Origin: Geopsychrobacteraceae bacterium
Lineage (GTDB): Bacteria > Desulfobacterota > Desulfuromonadia > Desulfuromonadales > Geopsychrobacteraceae
Assembly (NCBI GenBank): GCA_963676795.2
Contig: CAXXTB010000001.1
Location: forward strand, 96,001 to 160,000
Length of the DNA stretch: 64,000 nucleotides
Direction: 5' to 3'
The translations under genes were made by a program, and so were the position numbers. Shown here in pieces: positions 10,781 through 20,413 of this stretch (the first letter of the stretch is position 1; every line of letters begins with the position of its first letter). Under the pieces are notes generated by a model that saw only the letters and a list, made by a program, of their open reading frames with translations, was not told the origin of the DNA and did no database searches.

Positions 10781-11923
10781 ATGAATAAACGAAATGTCAT
10801 TTTATGTTGGCTTTTGGCCATTCTGATTTCGGCTATTTTCATTGGCGTAATCGGCTATAAATGGTTTCAGGTCCGGAGAATCCACGGCAATGAAATCAAT
10901 ATCGTCAGAAATGCATCTGAACTGGACCAGTTATTTACAGCCAGTGACACCATAGAGTTTAAAGGCGGCACCCAACCTTACAAAATCCCAACCGGATTTT
11001 TCATTCAGTCGCTGGCATTTTTGACTTCCAGCGATGTCAATATTACCGGCTATGTCTGGCAGAAATATCCCAAGGATTTCCCCCCGGACATTGAAAAAGG
11101 TTTTGTTTTTCCCGAAGAGATCGATTCAAGCAGTACACAACTGAACGTGGTCTATGAGGTTGACGGTGAACAAAACGGCGTAGGATATCGGACGATCGGC
11201 TGGTATTTCGATGTGACCCTGCGGCAGACATTCGACTACTCCAGATATCCTCTCGATTTCCTGACGGTATGGATACGGCTGTGGCCGAAAGATTTAAAAA
11301 ACGACAATCGAGTCATCCTGATTCCCGATTTCAGTGCTTATTCAAACACCAACAGAGAGAAATTCGGCCTTGATAAGGATATTGTCTCCGGTGAATGGGA
11401 AATAGACGAAACCTTCTTCAGCTACAACAACATACCCTATGACACGGACTTTGGCTTTTTTGACGAAGTTCGCGACCAGACCTACAAGGAATTTTACTTC
11501 AACCTGGGATTGCGCAGGACATTCATCAACGCATTTGTCATCAATCTTGTGCCGCTTTTCGTGGTCGCGTTGCTGCTGTTTGCCCAGATGATGACAGTGA
11601 CCGGAAAAAAGGATCTGATCGACAGGTTCGGTTTCAATACAAGCGGTGCAATAGCGACATGTTCGGCGCTTTTTTTCGTCGTCATGCTCGCACATGTTCA
11701 GGTGAGAAGGCTGTTTTCAGGTTCCGGATTGACCTATATCGAATTCTTCTACCTGACCATGTATCTCGTTGTTCTGATAACCGCCTTGAATTCCTATATT
11801 TTCTCTCTTGGCAAAAGGACGTATTTCAATCTTATCTATTATTGCGATAATGTGATTCCCAAGACGGTCTATTGGCCGCTCGTGCTTGGAATGATGGCGC
11901 TGGCGACATGGTTTAAACTTTAG
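10781..11923 (+). CDS. Membrane protein, probable prokaryotic pentameric ligand-gated ion channel (Pro-loop receptor) subunit
   Basis: N-terminal TM helix, beta-rich domain with FDYSRYPLD (YPxD Pro-loop) and GEWEI, then RR followed by four TM helices with M1 Pro, M3 LTYIE and M4 YWP. Confidence 0.65.
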   Translation: MNKRNVILCWLLAILISAIFIGVIGYKWFQVRRIHGNEINIVRNASELDQLFTASDTIEFKGGTQPYKIPTGFFIQSLAFLTSSDVNITGYVWQKYPKDFPPDIEKGFVFPEEIDSSSTQLNVVYEVDGEQNGVGYRTIGWYFDVTLRQTFDYSRYPLDFLTVWIRLWPKDLKNDNRVILIPDFSAYSNTNREKFGLDKDIVSGEWEIDETFFSYNNIPYDTDFGFFDEVRDQTYKEFYFNLGLRRTFINAFVINLVPLFVVALLLFAQMMTVTGKKDLIDRFGFNTSGAIATCSALFFVVMLAHVQVRRLFSGSGLTYIEFFYLTMYLVVLITALNSYIFSLGKRTYFNLIYYCDNVIPKTVYWPLVLGMMALATWFKL

Positions 11924-12053
11924 CTACAAGGGTTTGCAACAGCACCGTTACAGAAAGTCTTTGGCGTCAACAGGTGACTTCGTTTTAACCTGAAGGCTGA
12001 ATACTTCAAAAACAGCGATATCACCTCATTCCAACAACGCAAAGAGAAGAACG

Positions 12054-14024
12054 ATGAAACTTTCTCACCTATTACTGACCGGACTGTTAGCGATCGCGTT
12101 GATAAACACTTCCTGCGTCAATATCCGAGGACAGCAGCAACAAGTCACTAGCGACGAACACAAGGAAGAAAGCCTGGCAGAGCTGAAGGCGGCCGCAGCG
12201 CACAACGACCCGGAAGCGCTGCTGCGCCTGGGGGATGCCTACATCTACGGCCGTTACGGTCTGACGGACAAAGCCCAGGCCTACCCGCTCATGCAGAAAG
12301 CGGTCAAAAGCGGCAATCCGCACGCAATGACCGACATGGGGATCATCTACCTGAAAGGCTACGGCACAGCGGTTGACTATCGCGCTGCCCGCACCTGGTT
12401 TGAAAAAGCCGCCGCCGGGGGCGATATCAAGGCACCGCGTTATATTGGCCAGATCTACCAGAATGGCTGGGGCACTACTGTCGATTACGAGAAGGCGGCC
12501 AGCTCCTACAGACAGTCTGCGGAACGCGGCGATATCACCAGCCAGTATTATCTGGGGCAACTCTATGAGCAGGGGCTGGGCGTCACTCAGGATTATCAGC
12601 AGGCACTGGCTCTCTATCAGCAGTCAGCGGCCCGCGGCGACCATGTCAGCCTGCCGGCCATTCTGGCCCTGGCCAACCTTTACGAACAGGGACTCGGCGT
12701 CGAACGGGATATCACCAAAGCACTTGAATGGTATACCAAAGCTGCTGCCCTTGGAGATGACACGGCGAAAGGGAAGATTGCCGAGTATCAATATCCGGAA
12801 AATCCCAACCTGATGAATATCACAGCGCTGGTCAGGGTGATCGGCGATGGCCAGAAGGTGGCGGCTCTGGCCCTGGAGTACAAAGAGCCGGTCACCGCGG
12901 CATCTGTTTCTGTCAGCGATTTCCAGGTGCCGGAACGTGATATCACCAGTGTCTACCTCAGTGACCGGGCAGCGTTCTCAGCCCCCGCTTCACAAGGACG
13001 TTTTGTCATCGTCGAACTGAAAACCGCGATCGACAAGGAAAGCGCCGGCATGGGTGGCGGTCCACAGCAGGGCGATGGCGCCGACGGCCAGAACGGCCCT
13101 CCGGCCGGTGGTGGCCCTCAGCTCGGCCAGATCTCCGACAAACCGGCCGAACCGGTCATTCTGAGCGCACAAATCATCCAGACCGGCGAACTCACGACGA
13201 CCGACGGCCAGACCATCGCAGCGGATAACATGCCGATGGAGAGCAACGCGACACTCAGCCCCGACACGGCAGGATTTCAGCAGCTGGTCTACCACGATGA
13301 CCAGGCCGGTCGCGACCTGATGTATAACCTCTACATGCCGGAAAACTACGATCCGGCCATAAGCTACCCACTGGTGCTGTTCATGCACGATGCCGGAGCG
13401 GTCAGCAACAATCCGATCGAAACCCTGACGCAAGGGTCAGGAGCCGTGGTCTGGGCCTCCACTGCTGATCAGGCCCGTCATCAGAGCTTTGTCCTCGCCC
13501 CGCAGTATGACCGGGTGATCGTCGGTGATGGCTCGGCCTATAGTGAGGATCTCGACATGACCGTTCGCCTGATTAAATCGCTGCTGAAGCAGTACAGCAT
13601 CGATCCCAGGCGCCTGTACAACACCGGCCAGTCGATGGGCGGCATGACCTCCATCGCCATGGACATCAAGTACCCCGACCTGTTTGCCGCCTCATTCCTG
13701 GTCGCCTGCCAGTGGGATCCAGGCCAAGTCGCGCCGCTCGCCAACAAACCACTGTGGATCGTTGTCTCCGAAGGGGACAGCAAGGCGCACCCCGGGATGG
13801 ACGCAATCACCGCCGTACTCAAAGAACATGGCGCCAGCGTTGCCAACGCTACCTGGGATGCCGAAGCTGATGCGCAGACTCTGGCCAAAGAGGTCAAGGC
13901 GATGCTCAGCCGGAACGCCCGGGTCAATTACACCCTGTTCAAGGGGGGCGATCACCGCTACACCTGGCAGTATGCCTACTCGATTCCGGGGATCAGGGAC
14001 TGGCTGTTCGAGCAGCATAAATGA
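12054..14024 (+). CDS. Lipoprotein with Sel1-like repeats fused to an esterase/peptidase (alpha/beta hydrolase)
   Basis: Lipobox-like NTSC, about 5 Sel1 repeats, Ig-like middle region, YPLVLFMHDAG and nucleophile GQSMGG. Confidence 0.8.
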   Translation: MKLSHLLLTGLLAIALINTSCVNIRGQQQQVTSDEHKEESLAELKAAAAHNDPEALLRLGDAYIYGRYGLTDKAQAYPLMQKAVKSGNPHAMTDMGIIYLKGYGTAVDYRAARTWFEKAAAGGDIKAPRYIGQIYQNGWGTTVDYEKAASSYRQSAERGDITSQYYLGQLYEQGLGVTQDYQQALALYQQSAARGDHVSLPAILALANLYEQGLGVERDITKALEWYTKAAALGDDTAKGKIAEYQYPENPNLMNITALVRVIGDGQKVAALALEYKEPVTAASVSVSDFQVPERDITSVYLSDRAAFSAPASQGRFVIVELKTAIDKESAGMGGGPQQGDGADGQNGPPAGGGPQLGQISDKPAEPVILSAQIIQTGELTTTDGQTIAADNMPMESNATLSPDTAGFQQLVYHDDQAGRDLMYNLYMPENYDPAISYPLVLFMHDAGAVSNNPIETLTQGSGAVVWASTADQARHQSFVLAPQYDRVIVGDGSAYSEDLDMTVRLIKSLLKQYSIDPRRLYNTGQSMGGMTSIAMDIKYPDLFAASFLVACQWDPGQVAPLANKPLWIVVSEGDSKAHPGMDAITAVLKEHGASVANATWDAEADAQTLAKEVKAMLSRNARVNYTLFKGGDHRYTWQYAYSIPGIRDWLFEQHK

Positions 14025-14034
14025 AAGAATAAGA

Positions 14035-14067
14035 GAGCCCCTGAGTAGCAACCTCAAGGGGCTTTTT
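14035..14067 (+). terminator. Intrinsic terminator
   Basis: AGCCCCTGAG...CTCAAGGGGCT hairpin followed by TTTT after the stop codon. Confidence 0.6.
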
Positions 14068-14332
14068 CAACGAAATCCGCGCCTGATAATCTGTTCAGCA
14101 TGCCTGAAATTTCGGAAATATTTAAAAAACTGCTCTTTTTTCGATGTTTAGCCATTGTATTACCAAACTACTCATGTTACTGTCCGGAAACTTAAGAAAG
14201 TTTGTGGACAGCTTAGCTCCCCGGATCAGTCTAAATCCGAACCCACACAAACCCATTTGAGGGTTTGTTTTTCTGTTTTGGCTAAATGTTTACAAACAAC
14301 AAAAGTCCTTGAAGGGACACGGAGAAAAAAGA

Positions 14333-14533
14333 ATGGCACAAGGTACAGTAAAGTGGTTCAACGATTCTAAAGGTTTTGGTTTTATCGAGCAGGACAACGG
14401 ACCTGACGTATTCGTCCACTTTTCAAAAATTCAGGGCGACGGCTTCAAATCTCTCGCCGAAGGCGATCGCGTCAGCTTCGACGTCACCCAAGGCCAAAAA
14501 GGCCCACAATCAGAAAACGTCCGTAAAATCTAA
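14333..14533 (+). CDS. Cold-shock protein (CspA family)
   Basis: [31 protein letters not shown]. Confidence 0.97.
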   Translation: MAQGTVKWFNDSKGFGFIEQDNGPDVFVHFSKIQGDGFKSLAEGDRVSFDVTQGQKGPQSENVRKI

Positions 14534-14560
14534 TCGATTTTATCTGATAGATTGACATTG

Positions 14561-14595
14561 AAAGCCCCGCGAGCAATCGCGGGGCTTTCTTTTTT
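14561..14595. terminator. Intrinsic terminator, probably bidirectional
   Basis: AAAGCCCCGCGA-GCAA-TCGCGGGGCTTT plus a T-run, between convergent genes. Confidence 0.85.
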
Positions 14596-14604
14596 AGCGG
14601 TCTG

Positions 14605-15990
14605 TCAGTGCAGCAAAGAACCCAGATAGACAAACAGCCCCGACTCCTTGACCTTGGCGTAGAGTACGATGGCAACGGCCAGTGGCGAGATAAAGCGGAT
14701 GGTAAAATGCCAGAACGGATAGATCCAGCCGGCACCACCGGTGACAAGTTCCCGCTTCTCCTCCTTCCCCTTCCAGAACCAGCCGACATAGATGGCGATA
14801 ATCAGACCAGAGATCGGCAACAGGTAGTTGGACGCGACCAGATCGATACTGTCGAAAAAGCTGCGTTCGCCGAGCAGCGTCCAGTGCCCGAGAACATTGT
14901 AAGACAACGCCGAAGGGATACCGACAACAAAACAGAGAAGCGCCAGCACAACCGTCGCTTTTTTCCGCCCCCAGCTCCGTTCGTCGATCAGATAAGCGAC
15001 CTGAGACTCAAGAAGTGAAATGGTACTGGTCAATGCTGCGAAAGCGATCAACAGAAAGAACAGAATCGCCAGAAAATAACCGCCGGGCAGTTGTGAAAAA
15101 ACGATCGGAATGGTCTTGAACACCAGCCCCGGCCCTGCAGAAGGGTGCATCCCCACGGCAAAGACAATCGGGAAGATGGCCAGCCCGGCAATCAGAGCAA
15201 TGGCCGTATCGAGCAGCGCGACCCGGACACTGACTCCAAACAGGTTGGTCTCATTCTTGAGGTATGAGCCGTAGGTGATCATGATCGCCATACCGAGCGA
15301 CAGGGTATAGAAGGAATGTCCCAGAGCTTCGAGCACCGAGGCCGTTGTCAGCTTGCTGAAATCAGGGTAGAACATGAAACGCAACCCTTCCGCTGCGCCG
15401 TCGCTGAGCATACCGTTGACAAACAGCAGCACCAGCAGGCCGAGCAACACCGGCATCAGGATCTTGCTCCAGCGTTCAATCCCTTTCTGTACACCACCGA
15501 TAACAATCGCCAGGGTCAGAATGATAAAACCGAAGTGACAGATCATCTGCCGGCCACCGCTGCCGATCAGGCCGCCGAACAGTGCCTCGATAGCCTCCGG
15601 TGACTGGCCGACGAAGGCACCCTGGATCGCCCGCCAGACATAGTCGAGGGTCCAGCCTGCCACCACGGAGTAATATGAAAGAATGATGAACGAGGTGACA
15701 ACGCTGAGCCAACCGGAGACCTGCCAGAAGGAACGCTTCCCTTCCAGGGCAATATAGGCGCCGACAGCATCCTTCTGGGTATGACGGCCGATCATCAGCT
15801 CGGAAATCATGATCGGCAGGCCGACGATCAGGATACTGACCAGATAGACAAGGACAAAAGCACCACCGCCGTTCTGACCGGTGATGTAGGGGAACTTCCA
15901 GATATTGCCGAGGCCGATGGCACTGCCGGCAGCAGCGAGAATGAAGCCGAGGCGAGAGGCCCACTGACCTCGTCGTTGAGGCTGAGACAT
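14605..15990 (-). CDS. Sodium-dependent transporter (NSS/SNF family)
   Basis: GSAIGLGNIWKFPY, NGGGAF, GPGLVF, AALTSTISLLE. Confidence 0.95.
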   Translation of the reverse strand: MSQPQRRGQWASRLGFILAAAGSAIGLGNIWKFPYITGQNGGGAFVLVYLVSILIVGLPIMISELMIGRHTQKDAVGAYIALEGKRSFWQVSGWLSVVTSFIILSYYSVVAGWTLDYVWRAIQGAFVGQSPEAIEALFGGLIGSGGRQMICHFGFIILTLAIVIGGVQKGIERWSKILMPVLLGLLVLLFVNGMLSDGAAEGLRFMFYPDFSKLTTASVLEALGHSFYTLSLGMAIMITYGSYLKNETNLFGVSVRVALLDTAIALIAGLAIFPIVFAVGMHPSAGPGLVFKTIPIVFSQLPGGYFLAILFFLLIAFAALTSTISLLESQVAYLIDERSWGRKKATVVLALLCFVVGIPSALSYNVLGHWTLLGERSFFDSIDLVASNYLLPISGLIIAIYVGWFWKGKEEKRELVTGGAGWIYPFWHFTIRFISPLAVAIVLYAKVKESGLFVYLGSLLH

Positions 15991-16039
15991 GAGATTTTCC
16001 TTTAGAGCAATAAACAAAAACAGATTCGTGGCGAGAATA

Positions 16040-16095
16040 CCCCCCTGCTCGTAAACTCGCTTCCCCCCTATAAAATAGGGGGGATTGAGGGGAGT
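16040..16095. repeat. Family A REP-like repeat, copy 2 (opposite orientation)
   Basis: CCCCCCTGCTCGTAAACTCGCTTCCCCCCTATAAAATAGGGGGGATTGAGGGG. Confidence 0.9.
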
Positions 16096-16100
16096 GAAGT

Positions 16101-16829
16101 TTAGTGAGCGATCACCTTGCCGAGAAAATCGCGCAAGCGCGGCTCTTTCGGGTTGGCGAAGACCTCTTTCGGATTGCCCTGTTCCTTGATGATTCCCTGA
16201 TCGAAAAACACCAGGCGGTCGGCCACCTCACGGGCAAAACCCATTTCATGGGTGACGACGACCATGGTCATCCCTTCCCTGGCCAGCTGCTTCATGACCT
16301 CGAGAACCTCGCCGACCAGTTCCGGATCGAGGGCGCTGGTCGGTTCGTCAAAGAGAATAACCTTGGGCTGCAGCGCCAGGGCACGGGCAATGGCGACGCG
16401 CTGTTTCTGACCGCCGGAAAGCTGATCAGGGTAAGACTTGGCTTTCTCCTTCAGACCGACTTTTTCGAGCAGCTGCATCCCCAGCTCATCGGCCAGCTTG
16501 CGTGTCATGTTACGAACCTTGACCGGCCCGAGGGTGACATTCTGCAGAACCGACAGGTGCGGAAACAGGTTGAACTGCTGAAAGACCATTCCGGCCTCGG
16601 TACGCACCATATTGATGTCGGTTTTCGGATCGGAAAGGTCGTAACCGTCGACGATGATCTGCCCTGAGGTAATCTCTTCGAGCTGGTTGATACAGCGCAG
16701 CACCGTCGACTTGCCGCTGCCGGACGGACCGATAACACAAACGACTTCCCCTTCTTTGATATGCAGATCGACCCCTTTGACGACCTCCAGCTCACCGTAG
16801 GATTTGTGAAGATTAGTGATACGGATCAT
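16101..16829 (-). CDS. glnQ: Polar amino acid (glutamine) ABC transporter ATPase
   Basis: [34 protein letters not shown]. Confidence 0.9.
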   Translation of the reverse strand: MIRITNLHKSYGELEVVKGVDLHIKEGEVVCVIGPSGSGKSTVLRCINQLEEITSGQIIVDGYDLSDPKTDINMVRTEAGMVFQQFNLFPHLSVLQNVTLGPVKVRNMTRKLADELGMQLLEKVGLKEKAKSYPDQLSGGQKQRVAIARALALQPKVILFDEPTSALDPELVGEVLEVMKQLAREGMTMVVVTHEMGFAREVADRLVFFDQGIIKEQGNPKEVFANPKEPRLRDFLGKVIAH

Positions 16830-16832
16830 GAC

Positions 16833-17504
16833 TTACCTCTTTGCTGCGACGTTCATACGGGTTTCCAGTTTCTTCAGCATCCAGGAGATGACCATGGTCA
16901 TGATCAGATAGGTGATGCCGACGGTCAGCCAGACCTCAAAAGCGCGGAAATTGACAGCGATGATCTCCTGGCCGACGCGGGTCAGCTCGGCGACACCAAT
17001 AACGACCAGCAGCGAGGTATCCTTGAGACTGATGATGAACTGGTTGCCGAGTGGCGGGATCATTCTTTTGAGCGCCTGCGGCCAGATGATGTAGAGCATG
17101 GTCTGACCACGGGTCAGGCCGATGGAACGGCCGGCCTCCATCTGGCCATTGTCGATCGACTGCACCGCGCCGCGGACGATCTCGGCGATATAGGCCCCGG
17201 AATTGATGGCGATGGCAACAACCCCGGCGGCAATCGGCGGAATCCTCATTCCCAGCGCCATCGGCAGGCCGAAGTAGAGGAACATGACCTGAACGATCAA
17301 CGGCGTACCGCGAATGATTTCAACATAGATTCCGGCAATCTTGCGCAGCCAGAACCGTGGCGAAAGCTTGAGCAGGCCAAACAGCGCACCCAGAAAGAAA
17401 CCGATCAGCAATCCGATCAGCGTAATAACGATGGTCAACCCCGCGCCATGGAGCAAGAGCGGAAAGGTTTCGACCATGACCTGTGCATTGAAACGAAAAT
17501 TCAT
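16833..17504 (-). CDS. glnP: Polar amino acid (glutamine) ABC transporter permease
   Basis: RGTPLIVQ, EAA-loop GQMEAGRSIG, ISLKDTSL. Confidence 0.9.
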   Translation of the reverse strand: MNFRFNAQVMVETFPLLLHGAGLTIVITLIGLLIGFFLGALFGLLKLSPRFWLRKIAGIYVEIIRGTPLIVQVMFLYFGLPMALGMRIPPIAAGVVAIAINSGAYIAEIVRGAVQSIDNGQMEAGRSIGLTRGQTMLYIIWPQALKRMIPPLGNQFIISLKDTSLLVVIGVAELTRVGQEIIAVNFRAFEVWLTVGITYLIMTMVISWMLKKLETRMNVAAKR

Positions 17505-17570
17505 ACCTGACCTCACTCAAATCTCTGTGCTCGACGCAGCAGAGACTCTCATTCTTATCCCGAACATCAA

Positions 17571-17677
17571 CCCCTCTCCCGTCGGGGAGAGGGTGGCGCA
17601 GAGCGCCGGGTGAGGAGAAATTCCTGAAAATGCCCCTCATCCGCCCTTCGGGCACCTTCTCCCCGCTGGGAGAAGGG
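17571..17677. repeat. Pair of CCCTCTCCC-type REP hairpins (family C) in inverted arrangement
   Basis: CCCTCTCCCGTCGGGGAGAGGG and CCTTCTCCCCGCTGGGAGAAGG; a near-identical hairpin lies at 30167. Confidence 0.75.
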
Positions 17678-17705
17678 ACCAACATTTAGAAGCCTTTAAA
17701 ACATC

Positions 17706-17763
17706 ACCCCCCTGCTCGCTGTGCTCGCTTCCCCCCTATTTTATAGGGGGGATTGAGGGGGGT
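17706..17763. repeat. Family A REP-like repeat, copy 3
   Basis: ACCCCCCTGCTCGCTGTGCTCGCTTCCCCCCTATTTTATAGGGGGGATTGAGGGGGGT. Confidence 0.9.
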
Positions 17764-17781
17764 CCGTTTTTCGCTCAAAAA

Positions 17782-18522
17782 CTACTTAGGATCGGTGCCA
17801 AACCACTTGCGATAGAGCTTGGTGTAAGATCCGTCGGCCTTCAGCTCGGCCAGGGCAGCGTTGACCTTACCGACCAGCGCGCTCCCCTTCGGAAAGGCGA
17901 TGCCGTAAGACTGGCCCATGTAGAGCGGGCCGACGACCTTGACCTGGTCCTTGCCGACCTTACGCATGAAATCGGCGATGACCGGAGAGTCGAAGACGAC
18001 AGCGTCAGCGCCGCCGGACATCAGTTCGAGGAACATCGCATCATTGTTCGGGAACAGCTTGACGTCCTTGGCTCCCGCCTTTTCCTTGACCAGATCGGCG
18101 CTGGTGGTGGCGAGTTTGGTGGCGACAACCTTGCCCTTGAGGTCTTCGATGCTATTGATGCTGTTTTCATCGGCACGGACCAGGATCAGCAGGCCGGCGT
18201 TGTAGTAGCCATCGGAAAAATCGACGACTTCGGCACGCTCAGGCTTGATGGTCATACCGGCAATACCGACATCGAGCTGGCCGGTCTGCAGACCTGGAAT
18301 GATCCCGTTGAAATCCATCGGCTGGAGTTTGAAATCGGCGCCGATCTTCATGGCAATCGCTTCCCAGAGTTCGATATCAAAACCGGTGTGCTTGCCGGTC
18401 TTGTCCTTGAATTCAAAGGGTGGAAAGTTGGTATCGGTGGCAACGATCAGCGGTTTGGCCAGGGCCGGGGAGACCAGCATCAGGGTTGCCAGTAGAGCCA
18501 GCATAATTTTACGCAGTTTCAT
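17782..18522 (-). CDS. glnH: Glutamine ABC transporter substrate-binding protein
   Basis: Signal peptide; VATDTNFPPFEFK, GFDIELW, MDFNGIIPGLQT, GQSYGIAFPKGS, closely resembling GlnH. Confidence 0.88.
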   Translation of the reverse strand: MKLRKIMLALLATLMLVSPALAKPLIVATDTNFPPFEFKDKTGKHTGFDIELWEAIAMKIGADFKLQPMDFNGIIPGLQTGQLDVGIAGMTIKPERAEVVDFSDGYYNAGLLILVRADENSINSIEDLKGKVVATKLATTSADLVKEKAGAKDVKLFPNNDAMFLELMSGGADAVVFDSPVIADFMRKVGKDQVKVVGPLYMGQSYGIAFPKGSALVGKVNAALAELKADGSYTKLYRKWFGTDPK

Positions 18523-18787
18523 CAGTACTCTCCTTTAGTTCAATAGTTAGCCAGCGTCGACAGCACGATACTGCAAGAGGATAGAGCTGTTGCGTCCACA
18601 GATGACGGTGGCAGTCCAAACGACGCTGTATGGGATGGGCGACTTAGTTATTTTACAAACAGAACCGAAGCGGCGTTGGTCCGGATCTGAAGCAGCTGGT
18701 CGTTCCGTGTTCTGTCCGAAAGGGGGACCGACAGTCTGGAGCTGACCAATCTACTTTTTCGTGGCGAATTGTGATTCAGATCTATTG

Positions 18788-18802
18788 GCAAGAAGGGTGC
18801 CA
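18788..18802 (-). promoter_or_regulatory. Sigma54 (-24/-12) promoter for glnHPQ
   Basis: Minus strand TGGCACCCTTCTTGC is an exact TGGCAC-N5-TTGC match, and a sigma54 activator is encoded next door. Confidence 0.85.
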
Positions 18803-18878
18803 GCTCGAAGAAAAACCGTTAACCAGCTGTTTTACAAGGAGAGTCCTGCTTTTCTGAGGGATGAGGGCAACCCACTAG

Positions 18879-18989
18879 GGGGTATGGCAAAAACTATGAA
18901 GAGATCAACGAAAGGCGAGTTTATTCTTAAAAAACAGCGATTTAAAAGAGCCATAACCTAAGTTATGACTATAGCTTTTTGCATACCCC
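18879..18989. promoter_or_regulatory. Candidate upstream activator (enhancer) sites
   Basis: GGGGTATGGCAAAAACTAT (18879-18897) and its near reverse complement ATAGCTTTTTGCATACCCC (18971-18989), plus palindrome CATAAC-CTAA-GTTATG (18952-18967). Confidence 0.5.
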
Positions 18990-19003
18990 TTTTTTTCGTA
19001 AGC

Positions 19004-20413
19004 TTAGTCGTCACGCCGCCGTTTGAGCCGCTTGCTTAGACTCGGCTGGGCAATACCGAGCAGACGTGCGGCAATGGTCTGGTTACCGACAGCCCGCTCA
19101 AGAGCGGCATCGATCAACATCTCGCTCGCTTCACTTAAGGTCGGCAGCTCGTCAAGCGCGAGGAAAGGATTCCCCTGCTGCGGTTCTGCCGTCAACGGTT
19201 GGTTCTGGCGGTCCAGACGCTGGAGGAAGCTCTGCAACGACAGCACACCCCCCTGATGGAGGCTGACCGCATCGTAGATCATACCGCGCAGTTCGCGCAC
19301 GTTGCCGGGAAAACTGTAGGTCGCGAGCAGGGTGGTCAGCTGAGGAGGCGGGGTCGGCCTGATCTTGCCCAGTTCGCTGGCCGCCTGATTCAGAAAATGA
19401 TCGATCAGCAGCGGCAGATCATCATAGCGTTCGCGCAGCGGCGGCAGGGTCAGCTGGTGGGTCTGCAGACGGTAGTAGAGGTCACGGCGGAAGCTACCGT
19501 CGGCCACCTTGGCTTCAAGGTCGTAGTGGGTGGCACAGACCACCCGTGCCTGCAGATAATGGGGCTGATCGCTCCCCAGCGGGTAATATTCCCCCTCCTG
19601 CAACAGACGCAGCAGCTTGACCTGGCTGGTCAGTGACAGGTCACCGATTTCATCGAGGAACAGGGTGCCACCCGAAGCCCGCTCGATCATGCCGCCCCGG
19701 TCACGATCCGCGCCGGTGTAGGCCCCGCGCTTGTGGCCGAAGAGGGTGTCGGCAAAGCTGTGATCATCAAGTCCGGCGATATTGATGCCGACCAGCTCGC
19801 CGCTGACGCCACTGAGCTGATGAAGGATACGCGCCACCAGCTCCTTACCGACGCCGCTCTCGCCGAGAATCAGGATCGGCTGACGTGACGGCGCGACTGC
19901 TTCCAGATAACGGAACACGGCGAGCATTGCCGCATTGCGGGTCACCAGCGGGGCGAACAGTTCCGGTTCCTTAAGTTCGGCGGAGAAAAAATTGCGCCGC
20001 AGGCTGGCATTTTCGCGTTGCAGACGAACCAGCTGGACGGCGCGCCTGACACCGTCGAGAAGGCGCTGCTCATCCTCGGTCTTGACGAAATAATCGTAGG
20101 CCCCCAGGCGCATACAGCGCACAGCGGTTTCCAGCTGATTGAGGCCGGAGAGGATGATCACCGGCACCTGCGGATGGTCATTGGCGAGCTGCGTCAGGAT
20201 CTCTTCTCCGGAGAGCTGCGGCATGGTCAGATCGAGCAGCACCACCCCGATATCCTGCTGCTGCATCAAGCCACTGACCTCGCGGCTATTGCTGCAGCAG
20301 ATCAGGTTGGTCAAACCGCCGAGACTCTGCAGCATCCGGCTGAAACTGCGCAGCCAGGCCGACTCGTCATCGACCAGCAGCAGCGAAAATTCGGGATAGG
20401 TTTCAAGCTCCAT
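19004..20413 (-). CDS. Sigma54-dependent (NtrC-family) response regulator
   Basis: Receiver domain (LLVDD, LLDLTMP), AAA+ [21 protein letters not shown] and Fis-type HTH. Confidence 0.95.
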   Translation of the reverse strand: MELETYPEFSLLLVDDESAWLRSFSRMLQSLGGLTNLICCSNSREVSGLMQQQDIGVVLLDLTMPQLSGEEILTQLANDHPQVPVIILSGLNQLETAVRCMRLGAYDYFVKTEDEQRLLDGVRRAVQLVRLQRENASLRRNFFSAELKEPELFAPLVTRNAAMLAVFRYLEAVAPSRQPILILGESGVGKELVARILHQLSGVSGELVGINIAGLDDHSFADTLFGHKRGAYTGADRDRGGMIERASGGTLFLDEIGDLSLTSQVKLLRLLQEGEYYPLGSDQPHYLQARVVCATHYDLEAKVADGSFRRDLYYRLQTHQLTLPPLRERYDDLPLLIDHFLNQAASELGKIRPTPPPQLTTLLATYSFPGNVRELRGMIYDAVSLHQGGVLSLQSFLQRLDRQNQPLTAEPQQGNPFLALDELPTLSEASEMLIDAALERAVGNQTIAARLLGIAQPSLSKRLKRRRDD

